Shown here: in pieces, positions 12,032 to 25,054 of the stretch | Position numbering within the stretch: position 1 is the first letter of the stretch | How the letters are laid out: each line of letters begins with the position of its first letter | NCBI RefSeq assembly: GCF_001194135.2 | Contig: NC_068986.1 | Coordinates: forward strand, 60,641,760 to 60,705,759 | Length of the DNA stretch: 64,000 bases | Source of the DNA: Octopus bimaculoides | Taxonomy: Eukaryota | Direction: 5' to 3' | The notes under the pieces: generated by a model | The model's database searches: none | The model's input: the letters and a program-made list of their open reading frames with translations, nothing else | Told to the model about the DNA's origin: nothing | Position numbers and translations under genes: made by a program

Positions 12032-12829
12032 NNNNNNNNNNNNNNNNNNNNNNNNNNNNNNNNNNNNNNNNNNNNNNNNNNNNNNNNNNNNNNNNNNNNN
12101 NNNNNNNNNNNNNNNNNNNNNNNNNNNNNNNNNNNNNNNNNNNNNNNNNNNNNNNNNNNNNNNNNNNNNNNNNNNNNNNNNNNNNNNNNNNNNNNNNNNN
12201 NNNNNNNNNNNNNNNNNNNNNNNNNNNNNNNNNNNNNNNNNNNNNNNNNNNNNNNNNNNNNNNNNNNNNNNNNNNNNNNNNNNNNNNNNNNNNNNNNNNN
12301 NNNNNNNNNNNNNNNNNNNNNNNNNNNNNNNNNNNNNNNNNNNNNNNNNNNNNNNNNNNNNNNNNNNNNNNNNNNNNNNNNNNNNNNNNNNNNNNNNNNN
12401 NNNNNNNNNNNNNNNNNNNNNNNNNNNNNNNNNNNNNNNNNNNNNNNNNNNNNNNNNNNNNNNNNNNNNNNNNNNNNNNNNNNNNNNNNNNNNNNNNNNN
12501 NNNNNNNNNNNNNNNNNNNNNNNNNNNNNNNNNNNNNNNNNNNNNNNNNNNNNNNNNNNNNNNNNNNNNNNNNNNNNNNNNNNNNNNNNNNNNNNNNNNN
12601 NNNNNNNNNNNNNNNNNNNNNNNNNNNNNNNNNNNNNNNNNNNNNNNNNNNNNNNNNNNNNNNNNNNNNNNNNNNNNNNNNNNNNNNNNNNNNNNNNNNN
12701 NNNNNNNNNNNNNNNNNNNNNNNNNNNNNNNNNNNNNNNNNNNNNNNNNNNNNNNNNNNNNNNNNNNNNNNNNNNNNNNNNNNNNNNNNNNNNNNNNNNN
12801 NNNNNNNNNNNNNNNNNNNNNNNNNNNNC

Positions 12830-13560
12830 ATGGCGTCCATATTATCTTCATGAGGAACCGTTAACTCGACTAGATTTACAACTTTCCTTCTTTCACACCA
12901 CATTAAAATGTCCGGTTTTTCCATAACTGTGATAGGAAAGAATGCTTGGCACCCAGGTAAATCTGCAGTCACTTCCCAATAGTCGTTCCACTTTTCATCT
13001 CTTACAGGAAATTTCTTGTTCTTTTTCTTGAAACTGATCCACTGACATGAGCGCACAAAGGTAATAAAATCTCTAGATGGTTCTTTCAACGTTTTTTTCT
13101 CAGTGTTGTTGAGATAAATTTGGTTCTTCATAGCACTGAGGATAACCTTCAGGACCAGGTTGTGTCTCCATGTATACCTATTCAATGCTAAGGAACAGTT
13201 GGAAAGAATATGTTTCAGTGTTCCGACCTTTCCGTAATTGCATGTCATTCTCTGAGACGTTCCATCTTACGAGATTCGTAGGTGACGGCAAAACATCATA
13301 GGATGAACGAATCAGAAAACTTAGCCGAGATGTCGTCCACTTCCATATTTCATCCCAACGTATTTTCCTCTCAACAACACGTTCTTCCCATCTCTTCAGC
13401 TATTCGAAACTTAAATTCTTTCTGCACTCCCTTAACAAATGTCAGACTATGCAACTTTTTTGCTCTAAACCGCATCTTTGACCACCTCACAAGTTCATCT
13501 AGTCTCAAGAGGGCATTCTGCATGACTTGTTTATCTGTATTTGTGTCACGTCATCCATGA
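12830..13560 (-). mobile_element. RLE-type non-LTR retrotransposon fragment (HERO/NeSL-like)
   Basis: LSFLIRSSYDVLPSPTNLVRW, GTLKHILSNC..RYTWRHNLVL (CCHC knuckle) and KPDILMW..VVNLVELTVPHEDN (PD-(D/E)xK-type RLE). An RT thumb remnant RLDELVRWSKMRF lies upstream. Confidence 0.8.
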
Positions 13561-13660
13561 AGGCTTTCTTAGGCGATTGTACATACATATATATATATAA
13601 ATAAATATATATATATAGATAAATATATATATATATAAATATATATGTATATACATATAA

Positions 13661-14990
13661 TCATTGCTGAGATGATTAACATATCCAGCAGTGTAGGATA
13701 CAGCCTAGTCACTCGTAAAGTTAATTAGACTATTCTTGAAGGCGCCATTCCCAATGACTTGAGTACTAGTATTGCAGTTAGCTGCTACAAGGTTAAAGGT
13801 GATGCCTTACAGGGAAACAACTACAGAGGTATCAAACTGCTGGACCAGATCATGAAAATTACAGAGAGAGTTATAACTCAATTGATTAGGAATAGAATTA
13901 AACTAGATGAGATGCAGTTTGGTTTTGTACCTGCAAAGAGTACTACACAGGCCATCTCCCTGGTGAGACAGCTGCAGGAAAAGTATTTCACCAAAAGTAA
14001 GCCATTGTACTTAGCTTTCATCGACCTGGAGAAAGCTTTCAACAGAGTTGTTTGCTTTGTTATCTGATGGTCTCTAAGGAAGCTACAAGTAGAAAAGTGG
14101 CTTGTTAGAGCTGTACAAGCCATGTACAGCGGTGCTGTCATTAAGGTGAGAGTCAGCCATGAATATAGTGATGAATTTAGCATACAAGTAGGGGTTCACC
14201 AGGATTCAGTTCTCAGACCACTTTTATTCATCATAGCCCTCCAGGCCATAACAGAGGAATTCAAAACTGGATGCCTGTGTGAATTACTTTATTTTGATGA
14301 CCTGGCTCTTATTGCAGAATCTGTAGCAGAATTGGAGAAGAAACTCCAGGTGTGGAAGCAAAATCTGGAATCAAAGGCCCATAAAGTTAACCTAGCAAAG
14401 GCCAAAGTTGTTAGCAAGAAAACAGATAAAACTCTCTTTCCAATAGGTAAATGGCCCTGCCCAATATGCTAGTTTCTGTTACCTAGGTGACCAAATTAGC
14501 AACGGTGGAGGATATTCTGAAAGTACTGTTTCCAGAATAAGGACAGGATGGAGGAAGTTCAGAGAGTTATTACCTCTGTTGGCAACAAAAGGACTCCCTC
14601 TCAGAGTGAAAGGTAGATTGTATGATGCTTGTGTATAAATGGTAGTGAGACATGGGCTCTGAATGCAGAAAATATGTGTAGACTAGAGAAAAATGAAGGT
14701 AGTATGCTCCATTGGATGTACAACAAAGTGCAAATGTGTTGAGAGAAAAGTTGGGCATAAGAGGAATGCAAAAGAGAAAATTACATTGATTTAGACATGT
14801 GATGTGTATGAATGAAGACAGTTGTATAAAGAAATGCCGATCACTGAAAATGAATGGTACCAATGAAAGAGGGAGACCCAGGAAGCGAGGGAATGAAGTG
14901 GTGAGGACCAATCTCAGGATGTTGGGCCTCACAGAGGAAATGACAAGGGACTGAGATGTCTGGTGGTATGAGGTTCTTGAGAAGACCCAC
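13661..14990 (+). mobile_element. RTE-clade LINE RT fragment, degraded
   Basis: NYRGIKLLDQ, DEMQFGFVP, FIDLEKAFN, VGVHQDSVLRPLLF, LYFDDLAL. Confidence 0.9.
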
Positions 14991-15599
14991 CCACATCAGT
15001 GAAACTATGTTCTAGAAGTGCTGTGTGTTCCACTTATCAATAAAACTTTTCATACAACCTACCCCAACAAAAGAAATTACTTCGCTTGTCTTTTCACACT
15101 TCCTCTTTCATGCATTATGCTTATCTCTGACTCCCCAATTCTGTCCTCATGACCCTGCACATTTTATCACTGCTATCTCATCGTCCCCCACCCCTCTATA
15201 TACCCAGGTTTTCACCAGGCACTTCTTTGGCAATATTCTGCCACTCATATTATGACCTCCACAATATGAGCATATGCCCTGGCACTTGCCACCACCTATC
15301 TCTCTCTTGCTCTACTCTACCATCCCATTTATATTCTGATTCCCATTTTTTGTGAGTATGCCCTGGCACTTCACTACCATCTCTCTCCTGCTCGCCTCTC
15401 AGGTTGGATAACCGTGTATCTCCTTTATAGCAACACACCCGTTTCTATCCTCATTCTTGATCACACTCTCTCTCTGGCCAGGTAACCATGTACTTCCTCT
15501 CCTGCAAGACACCTGTTTCTATCTCTCTGTTACACTCTAACCTTTCATCACCTTACACAAAATCGCCTCCTGAAATGTCCCCGGCCCTCTCAAAGGATT

Positions 15600-15905
15600 T
15601 TTGTCTTGCAAGGTACTTGACGACCCTGCCAGCACTGGTGCCACATAAAAAGCATCCAGTCCACACTGCCAAGTGGCTGGTGTTTGGAAGGGCATCCACT
15701 GTAAAAACCATACCAAAACTGACCTCACTTGCGCTCATGCCATGTAAAAAGTAATCAGTCCACTCTGTTAAGTGGTTGGTGTTAGGAAGGGCATCCAGCT
15801 GTGAAAACTATGCCAAAATAGACACAGGAGTCTGGTGCAGTCTCCTGTCAGACCATCCAACCCATGCCAGCATGGAAGGTGGACATTAAACGATAATGAT
15901 GATTA
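15600..15905 (+). mobile_element. RTE-tail-derived SINE or 3' UTR fragment
   Basis: gtgccacataaaaagcatcc ... ggaagggcatccagctgt ... ccaacccatgccagcatggaa ... (gat)n. Confidence 0.7.
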
Positions 15906-15921
15906 TATATATATATATATC

Positions 15922-16145
15922 TTCATCATCATCATCGTCATTTAACATCCGCTTTCCATGCTAGCATGGGTTGGACGATTTGACTGAGGACTGGTGAAAC
16001 TAGATGACTACACCAGGCTCCAATCTGANNNNNNNNNNGGGTTGGACGATTTGACTGAGGACTGGTGAAACTAGATGACTACACCAGGCTCCAATCTGAT
16101 TTGGCAGAGTTTCTACAGCTGGATGCCCTTCCTAACACCAATGCC
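15922..16145 (-). mobile_element. RTE 3' tail, inverted, fused to the 5' end of the next RTE
   Basis: (atc)n tttaacatccgctttccatgctagcatgggttgg, the reverse complement of the family terminus. Confidence 0.75.
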
Positions 16146-16159
16146 TTTCCTAATACATA

Positions 16160-18470
16160 TTGTATCAGACGGCCAGAAGGGAAGCTAGGCGACAGGTTTA
16201 TTTAGCCAGAGGGGAAGCAGATAAGAAAAAAATTGCCAATGTTCTGCGCCGTGAGGACCAAAGACTTGAGGTATTTCGTGTTGCAAGACAGTGTGTGAAA
16301 GAGAATTGTGATGTCGTGGGAGAGAAATGTGTTCGCATGGATGATGGTACGCTTGCACTAAACGAGGTTTTCAAAGAAAGAGGTTTGGAGACGCCACTAC
16401 GAAAGATTGCTCAATAAAGAGAATGAATGGGAGAAAGAGAGTCTGCCGAATGTCGAACCAACAGAGGGACCAGCCATCCGAGTTGACAGTACCATGGTAG
16501 ATAAAGCAATTAAGAGTATGAAGACAGGGAAGACCCCGGCCCATCAGGAATCACTGCAGAGATGCTCAAAATATCTGGCGGTGTCGNNNNNNNNNNNNNN
16601 NNNNNNNNNNNNNNNNNNNNNNNNNNNNNNNNNNNNNNNNNNNNNNNNNNNNNNNNNNNNNNNNNNNNNNNNNNNNNNNNNNNNNNNNNNNNNNNNNNNN
16701 NNNNNNNNNNNNNNNNNNNNNNNNNNNNNNNNNNNNNNNNNNNNNNNNNNNNNNNNNNNNNNNNNNNNNNNNNNNNNNNNNNNNNNNNNNNNNNNNNNNN
16801 NNNNNNNNNNNNNNNNNNNNNNNNNNNNNNNNNNNNNNNNNNNNNNNNNNNNNNNNNNNNNNNNNNNNNNNNNNNNNNNNNNNNNNNNNNNNNNNNNNNN
16901 NNNNNNNNNNNNNNNNNNNNNNNNNNNNNNNNNNNNNNNNNNNATAACAGAGGAATTCAAGACAGGATACCCCTGGGAGCTCCTCTATGCTGATGACCTT
17001 CCACTAATTGCTGAGTCACTATCAGAACTAGAGGAGAAGTTTAAGGTGTGGAAGCAAGGACTAGAATCGAAGGGCCTTAGAGTCAACCTAGCTAAAACCA
17101 AAGTCCTAATAAGTAGGAAGGTAGAAAAAACACAAACCCCTTCAGGTAGATGGCCCTGCTCGATCTGTAGAAAAGGCATAGGTAGAAACTCTATAAGATG
17201 TACCCAGTGCAAGCTATGGACACATAAGAGGTGCAGCAATATCAAAGGAAGGTAAACTAGGAAGTTAGTATTTGTATGTGGCAGACGTGCAGAAAACAAT
17301 TTCTGTCATGTTCCAGGGAGAAAAACTAGATGTAGTTGATAGGTTCCGCTATCTAGGTGACCAAGTTAGTAGTGGGGGAGGGTGCACTGAAAGTGTAGCT
17401 GCTAGAATAAGCATAGCCTGGGCAAAGTTCAGAGAGCTCTTACCTCTGCCGGTGAAAAAGGGTCTCTCTCTCAGAGTAAAAGGCAGACTGTATGATGCAT
17501 GTATACGAACAGCTATGCTACATGGCAGTGAAACATGGGCTGTGACTACTGAGGATATGTGTAAGCTCGAAAGGAATGAAGCCAGTATTCGCCGATGGAT
17601 GTGTAATGTCAGTGTGCATACCCGACAGAGTGTAAGTATCTTGAGAGAAAAGTTGAACCTAAGAAGCATCAGTTGTGGTGTGCAAAAGAGACGATTGCGC
17701 TGGTATGGTCACGTGGCGAGAATGGATGAGAATAGTGGTGTGAAAAAGTGCCACACCCTAGCGGTTGAGGGAACCTGTGGAAGAGGCAGGACCAGGAAGA
17801 CCTGGGATGAGGTGGTGAAGCACGACCTCCGAACATTAGGCCTCACCGAGGCAATGACTTTGGAAATATGCTCTGCCTGAGAAGACCCAGCAAGCCAAGG
17901 AGACCAAAATCCAAGGCCTCTGCCAGGGATGTAGCCAGCCCACTTATGCGTATTCCACTTGTGAAGACCTGTTGAGGCAAGTGAAATCAAATTCGAACCA
18001 AATTCGACGACTGGCCTCCATTGGACATTAAACTCTGCTTGCGAAGACCTGTTGGGGCAAGCGAAAGCGAAATCGTGATGGCACCACCTTTCGAGCGTGA
18101 TCGTTACCAGCATTGCCTTCTTGGCATTTGTGCCGCAGCTTCGTGTTCCTGGTACGTGTGCCGGTGGCACGTGAAAAGTCATTCGAGTGAGATCGTTGCC
18201 AGTGCCGCTGGACTGGCTCCTGTGCAGGTGGCACGTAAAATACACATTTTGAGCGAGGCCGTTGCCAGTACCGTCTGACTGGCCTTCGTGCCAGTGGCAC
18301 CTAAAAGCACCCACTACACTCTCGGAGTGGTTGTCGTTAGGAAGGGCATCCAGTTGTAGAAACTCTGCCAAATCAGATTGGAGCCTGGTGTAGCCATCTG
18401 GATCATCAGTCCTCAGTCAAATCATCCAACCCATGCTAGCATGGAAAGCGGACGTTAAACAATGATGATA
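16160..18470 (+). mobile_element. RTE-clade LINE, 3' ~2.3 kb including long 3' UTR
   Basis: ELLYADDL, KGLRVNLAKTK, C-x2-C knuckle CSICRKG..CTQCKLWTHKRC, FRYLGD, GRTRKTWDEVV; tail ends aaacaatgatgat. Confidence 0.92.
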
Positions 18471-20664
18471 TTCTCTGCAATGATAATGGATTACTTAACT
18501 GTCTGTTTTGCATCATTCTGTCCAGCCAATTTGTGGTGTGTTTCACTTTGATGTGCCTCAACCCTTTATGGATCCCCTGTAGCTGAAGCTTTATGTGTGT
18601 GTGTATATATATTTGTTATTTTTATATAAGCTTACAGCTTATGGCGATTACCATGCAATGACTAAGGAAAACAGTTTAATAAAGGGGCATATAAGCTCTC
18701 AACAGAAAAAAAAGGCTTTCAAAAGTATATATTTATGTATGTATTTATGTTTGTTTTACTGTTTCTTTGACTTGACATCATGTGATTGATGTAATTGCAT
18801 ATCACCATGTCCTTTGTTTCCACACTTCTGTGAAATATCACCGTAATTGGAAGACAGATGAGGACTGACAACAGGTATCCAGCAGTACAAATTCTGTCCA
18901 ATTCACGTGAGCATCAGAAAAGTGGTTGTTTCACACACACACACACACATATATATATTACGTGGACGACAATATTTTCAGTAGAGATGTTACAACTATA
19001 TCTGAGTGTTCACATGCTTCAATACTGTGTGTGTACATATACTTATTCTATTGCTGACTTTTATCAATGGTTTCTCCCATTGCTTTGATGTACCATTCTC
19101 TATCATTAATAAAATTGTCGATATTTCTGATGACACGGGTATGCTAGTGTATATTTATATTACGCTTGTTACGAATATTATCAATATACCTGAGGAAAAA
19201 TACCTGTCGACTTACTGCACAGACAACGTAAATTGAATTTAAAGTTAATAGAACTTCTTCGCCTCATCACATCTGTGAGATGCTACGGTTTTTGTAGTCA
19301 GTATGCAAAACGTTCAGCTAAGGCAGTTTTCCTCAAACATTTCTCAAATTTGAAATTACCAATTGCCTCCAAAAAGCCACTTGAAAGAAAAAATTTGATT
19401 TAATCACGTTATAAAATTAAAGATTATTTCTGTCAGCACATATGCATTCATAGTTCATTCCTGTTACAAGAGTACTAAGTTCCCTTGTACGCTCATAAGA
19501 ACTGTGAGTGCGGTAAGACTTGTTTAAGGTGCATGGGTTCCATCTAGAGCAACGGTATTCAATAACTAATCATCTAACCGTGAATAGGTGTTATTGAAAT
19601 AACGCATACCGATGTAAGCATCAGAAGCACTATAGTTATTGATTTCTGATTACGTATCGTGGAAAATTTATGTACAGGTTTAGCAGCTCTAGTAAATCTA
19701 TCCATACATACTTTATCATCCCGTAAGAATGTATGAGGAAGTTGTGTCCTCCAAGTGGGATTCGAACTTAAAGCATATAGGGAATGAAAACTAAATAGTT
19801 TGAGGCATTTCGTCCAGCAGTTCACACAGATCTTCCACCTCGTCACTCTACACCAAAGCATTATATAATTGATGAGTATTTTTTGACATGACATTCTAGA
19901 AAGGAATGTTATGTCAACAGCTTTACGCGTTGACAACTGAGATAAGATCCAAAACCTGATGAGCGTTAACGAATAAAATGGAAGAGTTGAAGTGGATAGT
20001 TAACCTCTAGAAAACCTATTAAATGTCTTTGCAAAATTAATACCATTGGTTTGAAGAAAATATATTCTCATTTAGCAATACATCATTAACTAGACGCCTG
20101 ATTTTCAAATACACTGGTCTGTTAAACGGTGAAAGGAAAATGATCTTTGATCTTTTAGTGATATATTTTGTAAGTTGAGGAAAAAGAATAGTTCTTGGTT
20201 TGGTCTGTGAATTTATATTGGTTAGTCTCAACAAATTAGGTAAACAAAAATGTCAACTTCAGTACACCTTTAAAATGACTATCAGCAGCCGTATAAGGGC
20301 ATAAATTACATGCATTAACAGCTTTATAATTATGTTCTATTAACTAAATGGCAAAAATGTTTTGGAATGATACTTTCGGTTCAGGCCTGAGACTGAGATA
20401 CATTTAAAACAACTATAGTATAATAAATATATAACTCGCGACTTTATATGTTGTTTTCATACTGCCTTGAACAGAATTACATTTAGAGGGGAATGAGACG
20501 TCGTGACGTTCATGTATCTCCAAATGCTCCCAGCAACCTGGTCGTTGGGAGCTTCCCGAATTCCATAACATCTTTCACACCTTTTTATACATACAGGTAT
20601 TAACTAAACTCATATTCAATTATAATTTTCATATGGAGACTCAATAATATCATTTATTCGCGAC

Positions 20665-20698
<34 letters not shown>

Positions 20699-20856
20699 GA
20701 TCGCTGTCAACAAGAACCTTTAATTAAGTCGGTTACAATACATCTAACATTTCTAAACATAACCAATTAAACACATTTTTCTTATTAGAGAAAAAAACAA
20801 CTCGTGTTATTTTGTTGTTTTTGTGTTATTCATGCTAAACAGCATGTTGCACTTAC

Positions 20857-20931
20857 CTGGGTTATTGAATCTCCAAATAGAAAAGCCTTAGGCCAACGGA
20901 ACGAAGCGGAACAATCTGAATCTCCCGCCAT
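20857..20931 (-). CDS. IAH1: First coding exon of an isoamyl acetate-hydrolysing esterase 1 homolog (SGNH/GDSL hydrolase)
   Basis: ATG 20931 to CAG 20857 gives MAGDSDCSASFRWPKAFLFGDSITQ, followed by a perfect GTAAGT donor in phase 0. As I recall, human IAH1 begins ..LWPRLLLFGDSITQ with an intron at the same place. Downstream exons were not found and may lie in gaps or outside the window. Confidence 0.75.
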
Positions 20932-23121
20932 ATCAAATATTGTTGCCGTTTTGAGCTGCTTTGCTACACGTTTGATGGACGATGGCAGAGAGAAAGTGGC
21001 GGTAGCTCTTGTATACGTAGTTACTACACGAAACAGTGACGAATACTGATACATCTGCGACGGCGAAACATGGAAAAGCTGAAAGAGGCGGGGTTAAGAC
21101 TGGTCGTTGATAACACGTTTAGAAGCGAGGACTACCTGTACAAGAAGTTTATTATGAGAGAAACACGAAGTGAAGTGAAAGTGTGACGTAAATAACATGA
21201 AGAGAGAAGATAACGTAAGAGAAAACAAATGGCTGTTTATTAGAGATAGTGTATGAAGGAGAAAACAGATGGAGAGACAATAGATGGAAATGCAAGGTTA
21301 AAGTATGATGAAAATGATAGTATATGACAGCCGGTAAGAAACTATTCAGTGTAATAATGTCAGCTATTTCGTAAAATTAACTGTATAAGTAAGGAATTTC
21401 GACAGAATATAAATAAATAATGTCGGTCAAGATGTGTATGAAGGGCAAATGGTGTGATTTAAGAAATTAACTGGCTAACGTTTGCCGAATCAATGGAACC
21501 AATTTATTTCTTCTATGTCAAGAGAGGGAATAATAAAAAAAATAATGTCTGTCAACAAGGCGAGTACCGATCATACTAGGGACGAAATCTTTGTATCTCC
21601 ACGTAGGTGTTATCAATATTTGTACCAGCTTCCAGAAATAGAAAAATAGAATTTTTCATGCAGTATTTCATGCTAGTATTTTCTTCATTTTTTGACCATT
21701 TTTTAAATGTCTTTCTTGTGACATTCTAATTAATCTGAATCATTTGTTATAAAAACCTACATATACGTATATAAAAATGGATAGATCATACTTTACAGCT
21801 AGTAATTATATTAACCATTTGGCCATTAGACGTTAAAATAGAAAAGTTATACAGTATGATCAGTATAATAAATAAACCTTGATTATGACTTGTACTCTGA
21901 ACATATTAGCAACTATCAACCGGGATTGACATCTTCGTTAAAAAAATCACGATTAGCTTTGAACTTCATTAAAAATTAGGTAATAATTTAATGTAAACGT
22001 TTTCTAAACGGTGTGATTATACGTTTGCACAAACTTGGAAAAAAGACGATGATTAGTTTTTACTATCTAAGGCAACAGAATGTTTATTTCTAACTTTTAA
22101 TTTGTCAAAGAATTCATACGAAAATTGCAAAAAGTTAAATTAACATTAATAAACTTATAAAAAAAAATCTCACATTCTGCTACATAATCAAAAGTAATAG
22201 TTAACAACAAAATTATCGAATAAAAAGAAAGAAATTTCTTCGTTATATATGTGTGATCAGTATTTGAACGTATTTTATACTGCTTGCTATTAAGTTTGTA
22301 GTACGGAATACATTTAAATTCTTATTACTTATGGATCGCACCTCGTCATTCTGTTGACTTAGAAGTCAGCTGTGCTTAAACAAGATATGGCGTTGAATAT
22401 ACAAATGTGAAAGTATTTCCTTTTTCTTTATGTATCCATCATATTAGCGTTTTTGTTTCTGTATTGCTGTTGGCAAAATATATTGCTCGTCATAAATCGA
22501 GCCATACCACTAAAAATTATTGAACAAACATCTTTAGTATAAACACCATTAAGTAACCCATGGCAATTTAACCGAGAAAAAGTAAATGATAGGGAATAAA
22601 CTATTCAGTTTAACGGAGTTGCACTAAAAGATTTAGTTAGAAAAACTGGATCTTGTTAAATTTCTTCTAACCACTTGAAGTATTTTAAGTTTTCACCTTT
22701 TTTTTTTTTTTTTTTTTTTCAAATTTTCTATACTGTTGTAGTTCTGCTGATGACGAAATTCGCATTTTTTAATGGTAATTAATAAAGTAATTCCAACTAT
22801 TTAAAGTTATGTAATTTCAGCCAATCAAAAACCGTCATTGTCATCATATTAGAAGTCGCAACTGTCTGTTATGGCAATTGCATTTTTTCATTGTTTACTC
22901 ACAAGCCGATAAAATGAAAACATTACAGAACCTTTTGTTTTTTAAAGAATTTATTAAAGAAAACTATTTTTTTCTCAAATTACGCTATGTCTGCTTTTTC
23001 TTATTAACGTTAACAAAGTTGTGTTATACATTCAAATACTACTCTGAATAGGTCGCATTTTTCGTACCTACAGTGCTATATAAACGAGTCTACTGTAGAA
23101 CGATGAGTACCATAGCAAAGT

Positions 23122-23312
23122 TTATTCTCCTTTCTGAAGGAAAGCCCAAGTATTTTCTACTTGTTGAGTGTGGATCCTGTCCTGCAAGTTGACAAACTCA
23201 ATACTGTGGTTTACCATTCTATGCTGAAATTGGTAGCCTGGTATCTCTGGAATGTGCGAGTATGCTTGCTACAGGTCACATAATTGATTGTTGCACCCAC
23301 CAGTATAAAAAC
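23122..23312 (-). mobile_element. Merlin (IS1595-like) transposase C-terminal fragment
   Basis: Frameshifted ILVGATI..QAYSHI..GYQFQHRMVNHSIEFVNLQDRIHTQQVENTW, matching the HxxVNH..EFV..HTQxIExxW motif. Confidence 0.65.
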
Positions 23313-23529
23313 AAAATTTAATTCTTCAGAGGAAGGGTGCTCCCTTCTAACCTTGTGCCTTTTCCCACTGACACAGATTCTTGGCTTTTTCTTTTATTTT
23401 TCTACAACAATATATGTTGCTGTAACAAGTGCATCTTCCAGCATGTTAGCAATAGAAGCTTATTAATTTCTAGAAAAAAAAATTAGTGCAATTTTTGTCA
23501 TCAGTGTACAAAGCTACATTGTTCTCAGT

Positions 23530-24900
23530 GAATAATGTACCCATCAGCATAGGTTAGTTATTAGCGACTTCAGACTACAGGCTAGGATTCCAAGAAGAGA
23601 CTAGTCTGGAAAAGAAGTATCTGAAAACTTAAGGGTCCTTTGAATAGTCAGAGATTTAGAGACATCCTAACTGAAGCATTTAATGAGAAAGAGGAGCAGT
23701 TACAAACATGTAGCATAGAGGACAACTTGAAGTTCCTACAAGACAACTTACTGAAAGCCATAGACCAAATTTGTGGCTGGTGCAAAGTCCCAAGCAGACC
23801 TGAGGTGACATGGTGGTGGAACAGTGTTGTTGACAGGGTCATTAGAGCAAAGAAACAAGATTAGAATGGTGGCAGTAGCAAAGAACTATGTCAGGTAACT
23901 AGAAGGGAAGCCAGGAGAAAATCAGAAAGGAAAAAGTTTGCCAATGTTCTGCAGCATGACCAGCAGCTTGAGGTGTTTCAGTTCGCAAACCATGATGTTG
24001 TAGAAGAAAAGTGCATTTGCAGTTAGTGACTCTACAAAGAAAGAAGTGCAACTATGAAAAGCTGCTAAATATAGAGAATACATGAAAGGAGAGTTTGCCT
24101 AATGTGGACCCTACAAAGGAACCAGCTATCCAGATAGACAGTAGCTTGGTAGATAAAACTATGAAAGATATGACGACAGAAAGCTCCTGGCCAAGTCAGC
24201 AGTGGAAGTGGATGCTCTGAGAGCATTGCTACTAGAATAAGAATGGGTTGGGCAAAGTTCAGAGAACTTCTACCTTCATCTGTAACAAAGACCTCTCCCT
24301 CAGAGTGAAAGGTAGATTGAATGATGCCCGTGTGTGAACAGCCATGCTACATGACAGTGAAACATGGCTGTAACTGCAGAGGACATGCAAAGGCTTGAAA
24401 GAAATGAAGCTAGTATGCTCCACTGGATGTGCAATGTCAGTGTGCATGTACAACAGAGTGTAAATGTCTTGAGAGAAAAGTTGGGTATAAGAGGCATTAG
24501 ATGTAGTGCTCAAGAGAGAGGACTGTACTGATATGGTAATGTGCTGTATATGGACAAGGACAGCTGTGTAAAGGAGTGCTGATCTCTAATTGTGGAGGGA
24601 ACCTGTGGAAGAGGTAGCCCCAGGAAGACATGGAACAAGGTAGTGAAATATTATCTTCAGGTGTTGACTAGTGACCGAGACTTTTGGTGATTTGCTGTGC
24701 TTAAGACACATCAAGCTAAGCGAAATCATTGTTGTGGCCATGCTGGTGACATGTAAAGAGACCCAATACACTGTGAAGTGGTTGGTATCCAACCATAGAA
24801 ACTAAACCAAAATAGACTGATGCCTGGTGCACCTTTCTGGCTTACCAGCTCCAGTCAAACTGTGTTACCTGTGCTAGCCTGGAAAACGGACACTAAATAG
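23530..24900 (+). mobile_element. Degraded RTE LINE with internal deletion
   Basis: HRLVISDF.., TWWWNSVVDRVIRAKKQ, GPAIQIDS, then a jump to RVKGRL..SETW and GRGSPRKTW. Confidence 0.8.
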
Positions 24901-25054
24901 GGATGATTTTCTGATTAAAGAACAATGATAAAAGTTAATAGTAATAAGAATAAGGATTAAATAAAATGTACATGCATATATTCATACATATTCAGAGACA
25001 CATAATATATATATAATTAAGCAGAAAACAGGTATTGTATTCATACATACAGAT

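Noticed and set aside
19745-19860. tRNA-like A box (TGGTGTAGAGTG) and B box (AGTTCGAATCCC) on the minus strand
   Set aside because: The spacing is about 90 nt and no cloverleaf forms; at most an old SINE head.
20040-20120. AG..GT-bounded open segment PVYLKIRRLVNDVLLNENIFSSNQW on the IAH1 strand
   Set aside because: No resemblance to the expected IAH1 exon 2 (GGW/GCW..LAD..R), and the phase does not match exon 1.
21400-23000. Possible host exons in the AT-rich unique region
   Set aside because: No frame gave a recognisable protein with consistent splice sites.
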